Assembly (NCBI GenBank): GCA_020161855.1
Contig: JAIUNJ010000009.1
Span: 47,644-111,643 of the forward strand
Reading direction: 5' to 3'
DNA from: Pseudomonadota bacterium
GTDB lineage: Bacteria > Pseudomonadota > Alphaproteobacteria > Rhizobiales > Aestuariivirgaceae
DNA length: 64,000 nt
Shown: piece by piece, positions 1 to 9,689 of the stretch
Numbering within the stretch: the stretch's first letter is position 1
Layout: each line of letters starts with the position of its first letter
Program-made: the position numbers and the translations under genes
The notes under the pieces: model-generated
What the model was told of the DNA's origin: nothing
Database searches by the model: none
What the model saw: the letters and a program-made list of their open reading frames with translations, nothing else

Positions 1-342
1 TTACTTCGGGGCCTTGATGCCGAAAGCGGCGAAGCCGGCTTCGTAAGGCTTGTAAGCTTCCTTGGCGGCGCTGGCGTAGATCTCGCCAACCTTGGTCGCC
101 TGGGCTACGAAAGCCTCGTAGGCGTCCTTGGCGTAGCCCTGCTGCACTTCGAGGATACGCTCGAAGGAACGGGCGGCAGCGGCCTTCTCGACCGTCGCGG
201 TGTTCAGTTCAAACGCCTTCTTGGTGTAGTCGGCGAGTTCCTGGGCAACAGCCTGATAGCCTTTGGTGAAAGCGGCGGCAGAAGCCATCGCGGCTTCATA
301 ACCTTCTTTGCCGAAGGTCTGCATGTCATCAAACGTCTTCAT
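1..342 (-). CDS. phaP: Phasin (PHA granule-associated protein)
   Basis: 113 aa Ala/Lys-rich helical protein with the typical alphaproteobacterial phasin pattern (FDDMQTFGKEGYEAAMAS...LEVQQGYAKDAYEAFVAQATK); divergent from dac as in rhizobia. Confidence 0.8.
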   Translation of the reverse strand: MKTFDDMQTFGKEGYEAAMASAAAFTKGYQAVAQELADYTKKAFELNTATVEKAAAARSFERILEVQQGYAKDAYEAFVAQATKVGEIYASAAKEAYKPYEAGFAAFGIKAPK

Positions 343-395
343 TTCATTCTCCCGTTGGCACGAGTCGCTGACGCCGTGCTGATGTGTCTAATATG

Positions 396-438
396 TGCAC
401 TGCAACATGAATGTCAACTTCTTTTTGCGTTGCAACAT
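396..438. promoter_or_regulatory. Two PhaR/AniA-like boxes at the putative phasin promoter
   Basis: TGCACTGCAACAT (396-408) and TGCGTTGCAACAT (426-438). On the minus strand TTGACA-N17-ATATTA encloses most of the first box. Resembles the TGC-N3-GCA PhaR motif. Confidence 0.55.
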
Positions 439-581
439 CAGAGAAGCTTCGCCTAAATCCGAATCGGGTTTACCCAATCGTAATCGCGTCTCCGTAGGAA
501 GTGTTAACAAGTGACGTCGCCATCGGGGGATGGAGGCAAAATTCGGTGCCTGGCACCCCGGTTATCTAGCAGGTGGGATAG

Positions 582-1961
582 TTGCGTATGTTGTTTCTGA
601 AGAGATTTTTGGCGCTGGCCCTGGTGCTGATTGTCTTGCCGGCAGGCTTGTCGGCAAATGCCTTTGCCAACCCGAAATTTGCCGCGATCACTGTTGACGC
701 GCGCACGGGCGCTGTAATTTATGACAGCAATGCCAATGACATAAGGCACCCTGCGTCGCTAACAAAGATGATGACGCTCTATCTGGTCTTCCAAGACCTG
801 AAGGCCAAGCGCATCACCCTCAAGACCCCGCTGAAAGTTTCTTCCCGGGCCGCCGGCATGGCGCCTTCGAAGCTGGGCCTGAAGCCCGGTTCCACAATCA
901 CGGTCGAGCAGGCCATCAAGGCCTTGGTTGTCAAATCGGCCAATGATGCCGCCGCGACCATCGCCGAAAACCTCGGCGGCTCCGAATCGGCCTTTGCAGC
1001 TCGCATGACCAAGACGGCGCGCAGCATTGGCATGAACCGGACGACTTATGCCAACGCCTCGGGCCTGCCCAATCCCCGCCAGATCACCACGGCCAAGGAC
1101 CAGGCCACGCTGGGCCTGCGCCTGATGCGCGATTTCCCGCAGTACTATCCCTATTTCCGGCTCACGAGCTTCAGCTTCCAGGGCCGGGATATCCGCGGCC
1201 ATAACCGCCTCGTCAGCAAATTCCAGGGCACTGACGGCATCAAGACAGGTTACATCAATGCGTCGGGCTTCAATCTGGTAAGTTCCGTGCGCCGTGGCGA
1301 TCGCCGCCTCGTTGGCGTGGTGCTCGGCGGCCGGACCGCCGCCCGCCGCGACGCCTACATGATGCAGATGCTGACCAACGCCTTCCCCAAGGCCAAGAAT
1401 GGCAGCACGATTGCCGCCGTTGTCGGCTCGAGCAAGGGCGCCATCGATCCGCTCAAGAACCTCACGAAGAAAGCCGACGGCAGCGACCCAACCGCGGTGC
1501 CGAACCTCAACGATGACGACAAGGACGGCCTCGCCGCCGCTGCCGCCGACGCTGCGGGCACGGACGAAGAGGAAGCCGAGGCCCAGGGCAGCAACAACAC
1601 CACGGTCATCGAAGCCACGATGGATGATGACCAGGCTGCTGCTCCCGGCAAGCCCGCAAAACTTCCCTTCGCCGTGAAGAAGCCGAAGACTCAGGCCGAT
1701 GTCGACGCGATGGCCGTGAGCTCGGTGTCGCCACCATGGACGGTCGAGATCGGTGATTTCACCACCAAGCAGAGCGCTGAACAGATCGCGCGGAAACTGG
1801 TCGCGCAGGACATCGATTCCAAGACCGTGCCGCTGCAACGCAATGGCAAGACCATCTATCGCCTGCTTGTGTCAGGTTTTGACGAGATGGCAGCCAAGCG
1901 TTCCTGCGCACAGGTTGCCAAGCTCGGCAAGGACTGCGCTGTTCTCGGCCCTCAGGGCTGA
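582..1961 (+). CDS. D-alanyl-D-alanine carboxypeptidase (peptidase S11) with C-terminal SPOR-like domain
   Basis: Signal peptide, PASLTK (SxxK), SAN (SxN), KTG motifs; acidic linker; C-terminal WTVEIGDF... SPOR-like segment. Confidence 0.9.
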   Translation: MRMLFLKRFLALALVLIVLPAGLSANAFANPKFAAITVDARTGAVIYDSNANDIRHPASLTKMMTLYLVFQDLKAKRITLKTPLKVSSRAAGMAPSKLGLKPGSTITVEQAIKALVVKSANDAAATIAENLGGSESAFAARMTKTARSIGMNRTTYANASGLPNPRQITTAKDQATLGLRLMRDFPQYYPYFRLTSFSFQGRDIRGHNRLVSKFQGTDGIKTGYINASGFNLVSSVRRGDRRLVGVVLGGRTAARRDAYMMQMLTNAFPKAKNGSTIAAVVGSSKGAIDPLKNLTKKADGSDPTAVPNLNDDDKDGLAAAAADAAGTDEEEAEAQGSNNTTVIEATMDDDQAAAPGKPAKLPFAVKKPKTQADVDAMAVSSVSPPWTVEIGDFTTKQSAEQIARKLVAQDIDSKTVPLQRNGKTIYRLLVSGFDEMAAKRSCAQVAKLGKDCAVLGPQG

Positions 1962-1965
1962 GCTT

Positions 1966-2661
1966 TCACGCTCCGAGCAGAACGTCCTTGGCCGCGTTGA
2001 TCTTCGCGGCGAGGTAGTCCGATCCCCCTTTGTCGGGATGGTAGTCCTTCATCAGGCGCCGGTGGGCGGCCCTGATCTCTTCAGACGTGGCACCGGCCTT
2101 GACGCCTAGGATTGCGCGCGCCTCATCGGCTGACATGGGACCATCCTTGGTCGCCGGTGGTGCAGCACCTCTGCCCCAGCCTGTCCGCCACCCCGAACGC
2201 TGCCGGTCCAGCCAGGCTTCGAGCAGTGTCTGGCTCTGGTCGGTCGCCTTCGAGCAAAGCTGATGCAGCGCCAGCAGCTCATCGGGGGTGAGGCTCGACA
2301 GCGGCCTGCCTTTCAGTGGCCCGGCCAGCACTTCGCCGTCCATGCCTCCGGAATCATGATCGAGTTCCATGGCGACGACGGACGTCGCAACCCTGCTCTT
2401 CTGGCCGGATGAGCGCGAACCCGGCCAGCGAAAGCCGCCGGGAAACACAGCGCCCTTGCCGAAGAGCCCAAGCCCGAAAACGAAAAGCGCGGTGGCCACG
2501 TTCATTTGCCCGCGCATCGCCATGAGCCCTGCAAAAGCGATGATACCGCCACCCGCAATCTTCTGGATCATGGCTGCAGACTGGCCGGGCTTCAGCCGTG
2601 CGAACTTGCGGATCAGCCAGAGCCCTCCGAAAACGACGACCAGCGCGATGATAAAATTCAT
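1966..2661 (-). CDS. Membrane-anchored protein with C-terminal J-domain (Pam18/Tim14-like)
   Basis: N-terminal hydrophobic helices; C-terminal EARAILGV...HRRLMKDYHPDKGGSDYLAAKINAAKDVL. Confidence 0.85.
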   Translation of the reverse strand: MNFIIALVVVFGGLWLIRKFARLKPGQSAAMIQKIAGGGIIAFAGLMAMRGQMNVATALFVFGLGLFGKGAVFPGGFRWPGSRSSGQKSRVATSVVAMELDHDSGGMDGEVLAGPLKGRPLSSLTPDELLALHQLCSKATDQSQTLLEAWLDRQRSGWRTGWGRGAAPPATKDGPMSADEARAILGVKAGATSEEIRAAHRRLMKDYHPDKGGSDYLAAKINAAKDVLLGA

Positions 2662-2667
2662 GATCCG

Positions 2668-3360
2668 CTACTTCATCTGCTGCAGAAGGATCTGGCTCGT
2701 GCGCCCGCCACGCTGCTCCAGCGCGGCAACACCGCCGGTGGCATAGGCTGCCACAGCCCCAAGAAGCTCCGCCAAGATCTGAGGGCTGGTGGAATCGAGC
2801 CTGAAATAGGCGCCGCGGGTCAGGCGTGCGATCTCGCGGAAAGCAGGCTCCGCCATGCCGTCCTGCCCCTCCTGAAACATGAAGACCGGAACGCCGAGAA
2901 GTCCGATCTCGCCTGCCGTCTTGCACACGGCATCGACATTCTCCTCGAAGGCGTCACCGACATAGACTGCGGCATTGATCTTCGCGACTGCTCCTTCCGC
3001 CTTGATATGGCTGAGCACGCGGCCAATCTGGGTGTTGCCGCCCCTGCACTCGACCGCCGTCATAAGGCGCGCCAGCGCGTCAGGATTGGCCACCCAGCGC
3101 GACGCGCGGCATTCGTTGAAGCCGCGGAAATACACGAGCTGCACCTGCAGCGCGGCCGCGCGCTTGGTCTCCTGGAACATCTGCGCCTGAATGGAGAGCG
3201 CCCGGTCCCAGGTGGGCTTGCGGCTCATCGTGGCATCCATGGCGAAGACAAGCCGGCCCGCGCCGCCTGTGGCCGCGGGCATCGCCTTCACCTTGTCCAG
3301 AAAGGACCGGACATCCTGCTCGTTCGAAACAGGGCTTCCGGCCTTGCGCACTTCATTCAT
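2668..3360 (-). CDS. von Willebrand factor A (VWA) domain protein
   Basis: MIDAS-like LVFAMDATMSR, GGNTQIG, YVGDAFEE; 6 bp upstream of the J-domain gene. Confidence 0.75.
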   Translation of the reverse strand: MNEVRKAGSPVSNEQDVRSFLDKVKAMPAATGGAGRLVFAMDATMSRKPTWDRALSIQAQMFQETKRAAALQVQLVYFRGFNECRASRWVANPDALARLMTAVECRGGNTQIGRVLSHIKAEGAVAKINAAVYVGDAFEENVDAVCKTAGEIGLLGVPVFMFQEGQDGMAEPAFREIARLTRGAYFRLDSTSPQILAELLGAVAAYATGGVAALEQRGGRTSQILLQQMK

Positions 3361-3442
3361 CGCGATGCGAACTCCTCAGCGCCAGTCTGCCTGAACTGGG
3401 GCCGCGCATAAATAGGAAGCCTTCGCCGGATTTAAAGAAGAT

Positions 3443-4273
3443 TCAGTTGCAGGGTTCGGCCTTCAGCAGCTCGATCTTCGACAGTTTGCCGCTCAGCGCA
3501 TAGGTGCCGTAGTCCAGCACCAGATCGGTGGAGATGCCATTCTCAAGCATCTTGAAGCTGGCCTGGTAGACCGGCTGCTCGTCTCCGGTGCTTTTTGCGT
3601 TGTAATAGCTGATGGAGACAGGCCACGACGGCACCTTGCCGAGCGATGCGAGGTCGCTCGATGAGGCTTCGGCGGTGAATGATCCCGCAGCCTGGCGCGG
3701 ACCGATAAAGCTGATGACGCGCATGGACTGATCCTCGTCCGAGCCCTCAAAAACAAGCGAGTCATCCCGGGTCGAGCCCTTCGTTGCCGCATCCAGCAGC
3801 CTCATCTGGAATGCCGTCGGAAAAATAGCGCTGGCATCCGTCTCAAACTGCTTGGGCTTGGGCAGGACAATCTCGGCCTGCCCCGGCGTTCCGGCAGCCT
3901 TCTTGATCACCTTCACCCGATTCTCGCTCGACAGCCGGGAATCGAGAAATTGCTTCTGGGTGACATCCATCTGCAGTCCATCGCCTGACTCCCAAGACGC
4001 AAGCTGGGTGTCGATCACCTGCGCGCCGCCCTCGGAATAGCCAATGCGGTTGGCGATGCGATAGGTCACCGCATAACCCTCGCAGGAGGAGCCGGTGATC
4101 TCATAGGCGAGCTTGCCCTTGATCGTCGCGATGCCGCTGGCCGAGTCCAGCCGCTTGACCTCGAGATCATAGTAAGCGCGGTGCGGTGCCAGCGTGGCAG
4201 CATGGCATCCCAGCGAAAACGCCAGAAGGAAGAAACTGGCACTGGAAAGACGAAGAGCTTTGGAGGAAAACAT
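3443..4273 (-). CDS. eipB: Cell envelope integrity protein EipB (DUF1849)
   Basis: Signal peptide, LAPHRAYYDL, ITGSSCEGY, ENGISTDLVLDYG, C-terminal Cys. Confidence 0.85.
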   Translation of the reverse strand: MFSSKALRLSSASFFLLAFSLGCHAATLAPHRAYYDLEVKRLDSASGIATIKGKLAYEITGSSCEGYAVTYRIANRIGYSEGGAQVIDTQLASWESGDGLQMDVTQKQFLDSRLSSENRVKVIKKAAGTPGQAEIVLPKPKQFETDASAIFPTAFQMRLLDAATKGSTRDDSLVFEGSDEDQSMRVISFIGPRQAAGSFTAEASSSDLASLGKVPSWPVSISYYNAKSTGDEQPVYQASFKMLENGISTDLVLDYGTYALSGKLSKIELLKAEPCN

Positions 4274-4314
4274 GACCGAAAATCAAACGCCGCAAAGATT
4301 GAGATAGTCATAAC

Positions 4315-5289
4315 ATGAACAATGGCGAAAAAACGCCCAAGATCCTGCTCACCCGGAAACTGCCGGAAGCCGCTGAAAAGGCTTTTGCCAACACCTTCGA
4401 CTGCACTTTCAATCCGGCAGACAAGCCAATGACATCGCAGGAGATTTTAGCTGCAGCGGAAGGCTTTGACGGGCTTGCCGTCACCTCCATGGACAAATTC
4501 CCGGCAGAAATCATCAAGGCCCTGCCCGGGTCTGTCCGCATCATGGCGACGGTTTCAGTGGGGCACGAACACATTGACCACCACGCTGCCCGGTCGCGCA
4601 ACATCGCCACCACCAACACGCCAGACGTGCTGACCGATGCTACAGCCGACATCGCGCTGCTGCTGTTGCTGGGGGCCGCCCGTGGTGCCCATTGGGGCGA
4701 ACGCATGATCCGTGAGAACCGCTGGCCGCCGCCTTCCATGGTCACGCCGCTGGGCTCCGATGTTTCGGGCCAGCGCCTTGGCATTCTCGGCATGGGCCGC
4801 ATCGGCCAGGCAGTCGCCAAGCGGGCAAGCGCTTTCGGCATGACGATCCACTATCACAACCGCAAAGCCGTCGATGACTCACTGGCGCCTGGCGCGACAT
4901 TCCACGCCAGCTTCGAGAGCATGCTGCCGCATTGCGATTTTCTGTCGGTCAACTGCGCGATGACACCGGAGACCAAGGGGCTCATCAATGCCCGCACCCT
5001 GGCCCTCCTGCCGCGCGGCGCCATTGTGGTGAACACCGCCAGGGGCGGCGTTGTTGACGACGACTCGCTGATTGCGGCACTCCAGTCAGGCCATATCGCT
5101 GCCGCCGGCCTCGACGTGTTCGCCAATGAGCCCAATCTCGATCCGCGCTATCGCACCCTCGAAAACACCTTCCTCCTGCCCCATCTAGGCAGCGCCACCT
5201 TGAACACGCGCACCAAGATGGCGCTCAAGGCGCTCGATAACCTGAAAGACTTCTTCTCGGGCAAAAAGCCCCGGGACCAGTTCAACTGA
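4315..5289 (+). CDS. D-isomer-specific 2-hydroxyacid dehydrogenase (glyoxylate/hydroxypyruvate reductase-like)
   Basis: GILGMGRIG Rossmann motif, NTARG, GLDVFANEP, LLPHLGSAT. Confidence 0.9.
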   Translation: MNNGEKTPKILLTRKLPEAAEKAFANTFDCTFNPADKPMTSQEILAAAEGFDGLAVTSMDKFPAEIIKALPGSVRIMATVSVGHEHIDHHAARSRNIATTNTPDVLTDATADIALLLLLGAARGAHWGERMIRENRWPPPSMVTPLGSDVSGQRLGILGMGRIGQAVAKRASAFGMTIHYHNRKAVDDSLAPGATFHASFESMLPHCDFLSVNCAMTPETKGLINARTLALLPRGAIVVNTARGGVVDDDSLIAALQSGHIAAAGLDVFANEPNLDPRYRTLENTFLLPHLGSATLNTRTKMALKALDNLKDFFSGKKPRDQFN

Positions 5290-5302
5290 GGATACTGAAA
5301 TC

Positions 5303-5767
5303 ATGGCATCTCCCGAACGCCGTCTGAAGGAGCTGGGCATCCAGTTGCCGAAGCCCGCCAAGCCCGTTGCCAACTATGTTGGCTGGGTCCGAACCGGCAA
5401 CCTTATCTATGTGTCCGGACAGGTGCCTGTCGTAGACGGCAAGATTCTTGTGACCGGCCACCTCGGCGCTGGCGTCTCCATCGAAGATGGCGCCAAGGCT
5501 GCGCGCCAATGCGCAATCAACATCATGGCGCAACTCAATGATGCCACCGATGGTGACCTCACCCGCATTGCCCGGATCGTGAAGGTCACCGGCTTCGTGG
5601 CCTGCACAGCCGAATTCACCGATCATCCCAAGGTCATCAACGGTGCCTCCGATCTTTTCGGTGAGGTCTTCGGCGACCGCGGCAAACATGCGCGGGCAGC
5701 CGTTGGTGCGCCTTCCCTGCCGCTCAACGCCGCCGTTGAAGTGGAAGCGATTGCCGAGGTCGAATGA
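5303..5767 (+). CDS. RidA/YjgF family protein
   Basis: PVANYV, VSGQVP, HPKVINGASDL, HARAAVG, LPLNAAVEVE. Confidence 0.85.
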   Translation: MASPERRLKELGIQLPKPAKPVANYVGWVRTGNLIYVSGQVPVVDGKILVTGHLGAGVSIEDGAKAARQCAINIMAQLNDATDGDLTRIARIVKVTGFVACTAEFTDHPKVINGASDLFGEVFGDRGKHARAAVGAPSLPLNAAVEVEAIAEVE

Positions 5768-6525
5768 TGCGTTTTTCGCCGCAGATGCGGGATCTGTCCT
5801 GGCTTGTGGCGCGGCCGATTGCGCATCGCGGCCGGCACGACTGGAAGAATGGCCTGGTCGAAAACAGCCAGAGTGCCTTTGCCGCCGCCATCAGCGGCAA
5901 CTATGCCATCGAATGTGACCTGCAGATCACCCGTGAAGGCGAGGCAGTGGTTTTCCATGACGAGACGCTCGACCGGGTGATGCAAGCCAAGGGCTGGGTC
6001 AATCAGCACAGCGTCGCAGAACTCAAGGCGCTGAGCTACCGCCATGGCAAGGATCGCATCCAGACTCTGGCCGAAATGCTGACACAGGTCGCCGGCAAGG
6101 TGCCGCTGGTGATCGAGCTCAAGTCTCATTGGAACGGTGATGAAGCGCTCGCCTTGCGGGCCCTGAAGGTGCTTGAGCCCTATGATGGGCCCTATGCGCT
6201 GATGTCCTTCGATCCGGACGTCATCGCAACCGTTGCGACCTATTCACCGCAGACCGTGCGCGGCATTGTCGCCGACCGCGTCGTCGACAGCTACTACGCA
6301 GGTCTCTCTTTTGACCGCCGCATGGAGATGCGCCACTTCTCGCATCTGTCACGCACACGGCCGCATTTCGTTTCGTTCAACTATATGGAACTGCCCTTCC
6401 AGCCGGTACAGAACATCCGGGCTGCCGGTCATCCCGTGATCTCCTGGACCATCCATTCGCAAGCCGCTGCCAATCAGGCCCGGCGCTATTCGGACCAGAT
6501 CACCTTCGAGGATTTTGCGGCCTGA
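5764..6525 (+). CDS. Glycerophosphodiester phosphodiesterase family protein
   Basis: IAHRG, ENS, IECDLQ, VFHDETLDR, IELK. Confidence 0.9.
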   Translation: MMRFSPQMRDLSWLVARPIAHRGRHDWKNGLVENSQSAFAAAISGNYAIECDLQITREGEAVVFHDETLDRVMQAKGWVNQHSVAELKALSYRHGKDRIQTLAEMLTQVAGKVPLVIELKSHWNGDEALALRALKVLEPYDGPYALMSFDPDVIATVATYSPQTVRGIVADRVVDSYYAGLSFDRRMEMRHFSHLSRTRPHFVSFNYMELPFQPVQNIRAAGHPVISWTIHSQAAANQARRYSDQITFEDFAA

Positions 6526-7670
6526 TGAGCCAGGCCCTGCGCACGCTGGGTTCCATTACGGATATACCCGCAGCGGCATGGGACGGGCTTGCCAATCCGG
6601 CCGGGTCACCGTTCAACCCGCTCGTTTCGCACGCCTTTCTGAGAGCACTGGAAGAATCCGGCTCGGCCGCCGCCAAGACCGGATGGGCGCCGCTCCACCT
6701 GGTGCTGGAGGAAGATGGCGCCATCACCGGAGCAGCACCCTGTTATCTCAAGTCCCACTCCATGGGCGAATACGTCTTCGACCACGGCTGGGCCGATGCC
6801 TTCCAGCGCGCCGGTGGCAGCTACTACCCCAAGCTCCAGGTTGCGGTGCCGTTCACGCCGGTCACCGGCCCGCGGCTGATGGCGGCAACGCCCGAGCGTA
6901 GAAGCCGTTTGGCGCATGGCCTTGTCGCCCTCACCCGGCAAAGCGGCGCCTCCTCTGTTCATCTCACCTTCCTGCCCGAGGCAGACTGGGAGGCCCTGGG
7001 CGGCAGTGGCTTCCTGCAACGACAGGACATCCAGTTCCACTGGCACAACAACGGATACCGAACCTTTGATGATTTTCTTGCGAGCCTTTCCAGCAACAAG
7101 CGCAAGAACATCCGCAAGGAGCGCCGCGCGGTCGCAGACGCAGGCATCACCTTCGAACATGCAACCGGCGATGATCTTCGGGAGGGACATTGGGATCACT
7201 TCTTCGCCTGCTACATGGACACGGGATCGCGCAAGTGGGGCCGCCCCTATCTGAACCGCCGCTTCTTCAGCCTGCTTCACGAAACAATGCGCCAGCATGT
7301 GTTGCTAGTGCTGGTGCGGCGCGGCGGCAAGCTGATCGCAGGCGCCATCAACTTCATTGGCAGTGAAACCCTCTACGGCCGCAACTGGGGCTGCCTCGAG
7401 GATCACCCGTTTCTCCATTTCGAGGCCTGCTACTATCAGGCCATCGACTTCGCCATCGCACGTGGCCTAAAGGTCGTCGAGGCCGGGGCGCAGGGCGAAC
7501 ACAAACTGGCGCGGGGCTACCTGCCGGTGAAGACCTTCAGCCTGCACCACTTCGCACACAAGGGCCTGGCGCATGCAGTGGCCGACTATCTTGAATCAGA
7601 GCGCGCTGCGATTGATCATGACCAGGAAGCGCTGGCCGAACATTCGCCTTTTCGCAAGGAGACTCCATGA
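6525..7670 (+). CDS. DUF482 FemAB-like GNAT-fold protein
   Basis: HSMGEYVFDHGWADA, YYPKL, PFTPVTGPR, LHFEACYYQAI, EAGAQGEHKLARGY. Confidence 0.85.
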   Translation: MSQALRTLGSITDIPAAAWDGLANPAGSPFNPLVSHAFLRALEESGSAAAKTGWAPLHLVLEEDGAITGAAPCYLKSHSMGEYVFDHGWADAFQRAGGSYYPKLQVAVPFTPVTGPRLMAATPERRSRLAHGLVALTRQSGASSVHLTFLPEADWEALGGSGFLQRQDIQFHWHNNGYRTFDDFLASLSSNKRKNIRKERRAVADAGITFEHATGDDLREGHWDHFFACYMDTGSRKWGRPYLNRRFFSLLHETMRQHVLLVLVRRGGKLIAGAINFIGSETLYGRNWGCLEDHPFLHFEACYYQAIDFAIARGLKVVEAGAQGEHKLARGYLPVKTFSLHHFAHKGLAHAVADYLESERAAIDHDQEALAEHSPFRKETP

Positions 7671-8086
7671 CTGCCTATGACAGCAACAACATCTTCGCCA
7701 GAATCCTGCGGGGCGAGATTCCCAGCCACAAGCTTTATGAGGACGAAACAGCGCTCGCCTTGATGGACGTGATGCCACAATGCGATGGCCACTGCCTCGT
7801 CATCCCGAAACAGCCGTCACGTGGCCTTCTCGATACCGACCCCGCCGTTCTCGGCGCCATCATGCCCGTTGTGCAGAAGGTGGCGCGCGCGGCAGTCAAG
7901 GCCATGGGGGCCGATGGCTTCCAGCTCCGCCAGTATAACGGGGCGGCGGCAGGCCAAACCATATTCCACCTGCATTTTCACATCATGCCGATCAAGGATG
8001 GTGCAACGCTCAAGGCGCACGCCGGGCTGATGGCCGATCATGCGATCCTGGCGAAGCAGGCTGAGGCCATCCGCGCCGCGTTATGA
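7667..8086 (+). CDS. HIT family protein
   Basis: NIFARIL, GHCLVIPK, GQTIFHLHFHI histidine triad. Confidence 0.9.
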   Translation: MTAYDSNNIFARILRGEIPSHKLYEDETALALMDVMPQCDGHCLVIPKQPSRGLLDTDPAVLGAIMPVVQKVARAAVKAMGADGFQLRQYNGAAAGQTIFHLHFHIMPIKDGATLKAHAGLMADHAILAKQAEAIRAAL

Positions 8087-9280
8087 CGCGATAGCCTGCC
8101 TGATGTCGTCGAGGATATCCTTCACGTCCTCGAGGCCGACGGAGAGTCGCACCATGCCTTCGGTGATCCCCATCATCTGACGGGCTTCTTCACCAATGTT
8201 GCGGTGGGTGGTCGAGGCCGGATGCGTCATCAGCGATTTCGCATCGCCAAGATTGTTGGAGATGTCGACAAGGCGCAACTGCCGCAGAAGATCGAAGGCC
8301 TGAGCCTTGCCGCCTTCAAGCTCGAACGTCACCATCGTGCCACCCTTGCTCATCTGCCGCTTGGCCAGATCATATTGCTTGTGGCTCGGCAGGTGCGGAT
8401 AGATCACGCGCTTCACGCCACGCGTGGCAGCCAGTGTCTCGGCAATGGCGAAAGCCGCCTCGGACTGCGCTTCAACGCGCAATTTGAGGGTCTCCATGCC
8501 TTTAAGCAGAACCCAGGCATTGAAGGGCGAAAGCGATGGGCCGGTATGGCGCAGGAACGGCTTCAGCAACTCGTCCTTGAACTGCTTGGTCGACACAATA
8601 GCACCGCCGAGAACGCGCCCCTGCCCGTCCATGTGCTTCGTTCCGGAATAGACGATGACATCGGCGCCCATGGTGAGCGGCTTCTGCAGAATGGGCGTGG
8701 CAAAGATGTTGTCCACGACGAAGCAACAGCCGGCTCGCTTGGCGATCTCGCCGACGGCGGCGATATCGATGATTTCCAGCGTCGGGTTGGAGGGCGTTTC
8801 GAGGAAGACAACCTTGGTCTGCGGGGTGATAGCTGCAGCCCAGGCCTTCAGGTCGCCACCATCGACCAGCGTGTGCGTGATACCGAAGCGCGGCAGGATC
8901 GCCGTGATGATCTGGTAGCAGGAGCCGAACAGTGCGCGCGACGACACGATATGGTCGCCGGCCTTCAGCTGGCAGGCAAGAGCGCCCCAGACAGCAGCCA
9001 TGCCAGAGGCAACGCCATAGCAGGCCTCCGCCCCGTCGAGCAGCGCCAGGCGCTCCTCGAACATGGTGACGGTCGGATTTCCGTAGCGGCCATAGACGTA
9101 GCCGTCGTCCTTATTGGCGAAACGGTTCTCCGCCGTTTCCGGCGCGTCATAGACGAAGCCCGAGTTGAGATAGAGCGCTTCCGCTGTCTCGCCATAAGGC
9201 GTGCGGTCAAGCCCGCCACGCACGAGCTTGGTGGCATCGCCCCATTTCGGCGAATTCCGGGTGCGGGATTTCTTGGTCAT
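8081..9280 (-). CDS. metZ: O-succinylhomoserine sulfhydrylase
   Basis: Cys/Met PLP enzyme: YVYGRYGNPTV, ETPSNP, YSGTKHMDGQGR, RLSVGLED. Start placed at ATG 9280, just after the rhodanese stop (ORF track starts at 9328). Confidence 0.85.
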   Translation of the reverse strand: MTKKSRTRNSPKWGDATKLVRGGLDRTPYGETAEALYLNSGFVYDAPETAENRFANKDDGYVYGRYGNPTVTMFEERLALLDGAEACYGVASGMAAVWGALACQLKAGDHIVSSRALFGSCYQIITAILPRFGITHTLVDGGDLKAWAAAITPQTKVVFLETPSNPTLEIIDIAAVGEIAKRAGCCFVVDNIFATPILQKPLTMGADVIVYSGTKHMDGQGRVLGGAIVSTKQFKDELLKPFLRHTGPSLSPFNAWVLLKGMETLKLRVEAQSEAAFAIAETLAATRGVKRVIYPHLPSHKQYDLAKRQMSKGGTMVTFELEGGKAQAFDLLRQLRLVDISNNLGDAKSLMTHPASTTHRNIGEEARQMMGITEGMVRLSVGLEDVKDILDDIRQAIAS

Positions 9281-9287
9281 CAGTGTC

Positions 9288-9689
9288 TCAGCTTTGAACC
9301 CAGGGGAGGCCGTGGAACTTCCAGCCATTCATGTGGGCACGATGTCCCTGTGGGTCCTTGTCGCCTTCAAAGCCCTCGGCGATGTTCCAGCAGTTGCTGT
9401 AGCCCGCCCGTGCCAGCGCCGTCGCTGCAGAGGCAGACCGCGCGCCGGACCGGCAGATACAATAGATTTCCGTATCCTTGGGCAGCGACATCGCCTCCAC
9501 TTCCTCAACGAAGCGGGCGTTCACTTCCATCTGCGGGTAAACCTGCCACGACAGGCGCAGCAGCCGGTCCACCTGTGGCACGCCCACAAAGGTCCATTCC
9601 GGCTGGGTGCGGACATCGATGAGCACCGCGTTCGGGTTCTTCTTGAGTTGCTCATGGGCCTCCGGCGGCCGCACATCGCCCTTGTACAT
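9288..9689 (-). CDS. Single-domain rhodanese (sulfurtransferase)
   Basis: LIDVRT.PEW, active-site CRSGARS, GFEGD...GWK..GLPW.Q. Confidence 0.85.
   Translation of the reverse strand: MYKGDVRPPEAHEQLKKNPNAVLIDVRTQPEWTFVGVPQVDRLLRLSWQVYPQMEVNARFVEEVEAMSLPKDTEIYCICRSGARSASAATALARAGYSNCWNIAEGFEGDKDPQGHRAHMNGWKFHGLPWVQS

Noticed and set aside
8204-9622. Long alternative-frame ORFs (e.g. 8204-9622, 9723-11018, 19034-20302, 30613-31725, 41854-43365, 51455-52786)
   Set aside because: Antisense shadows of well-supported genes, expected in high-GC DNA; no recognisable motifs
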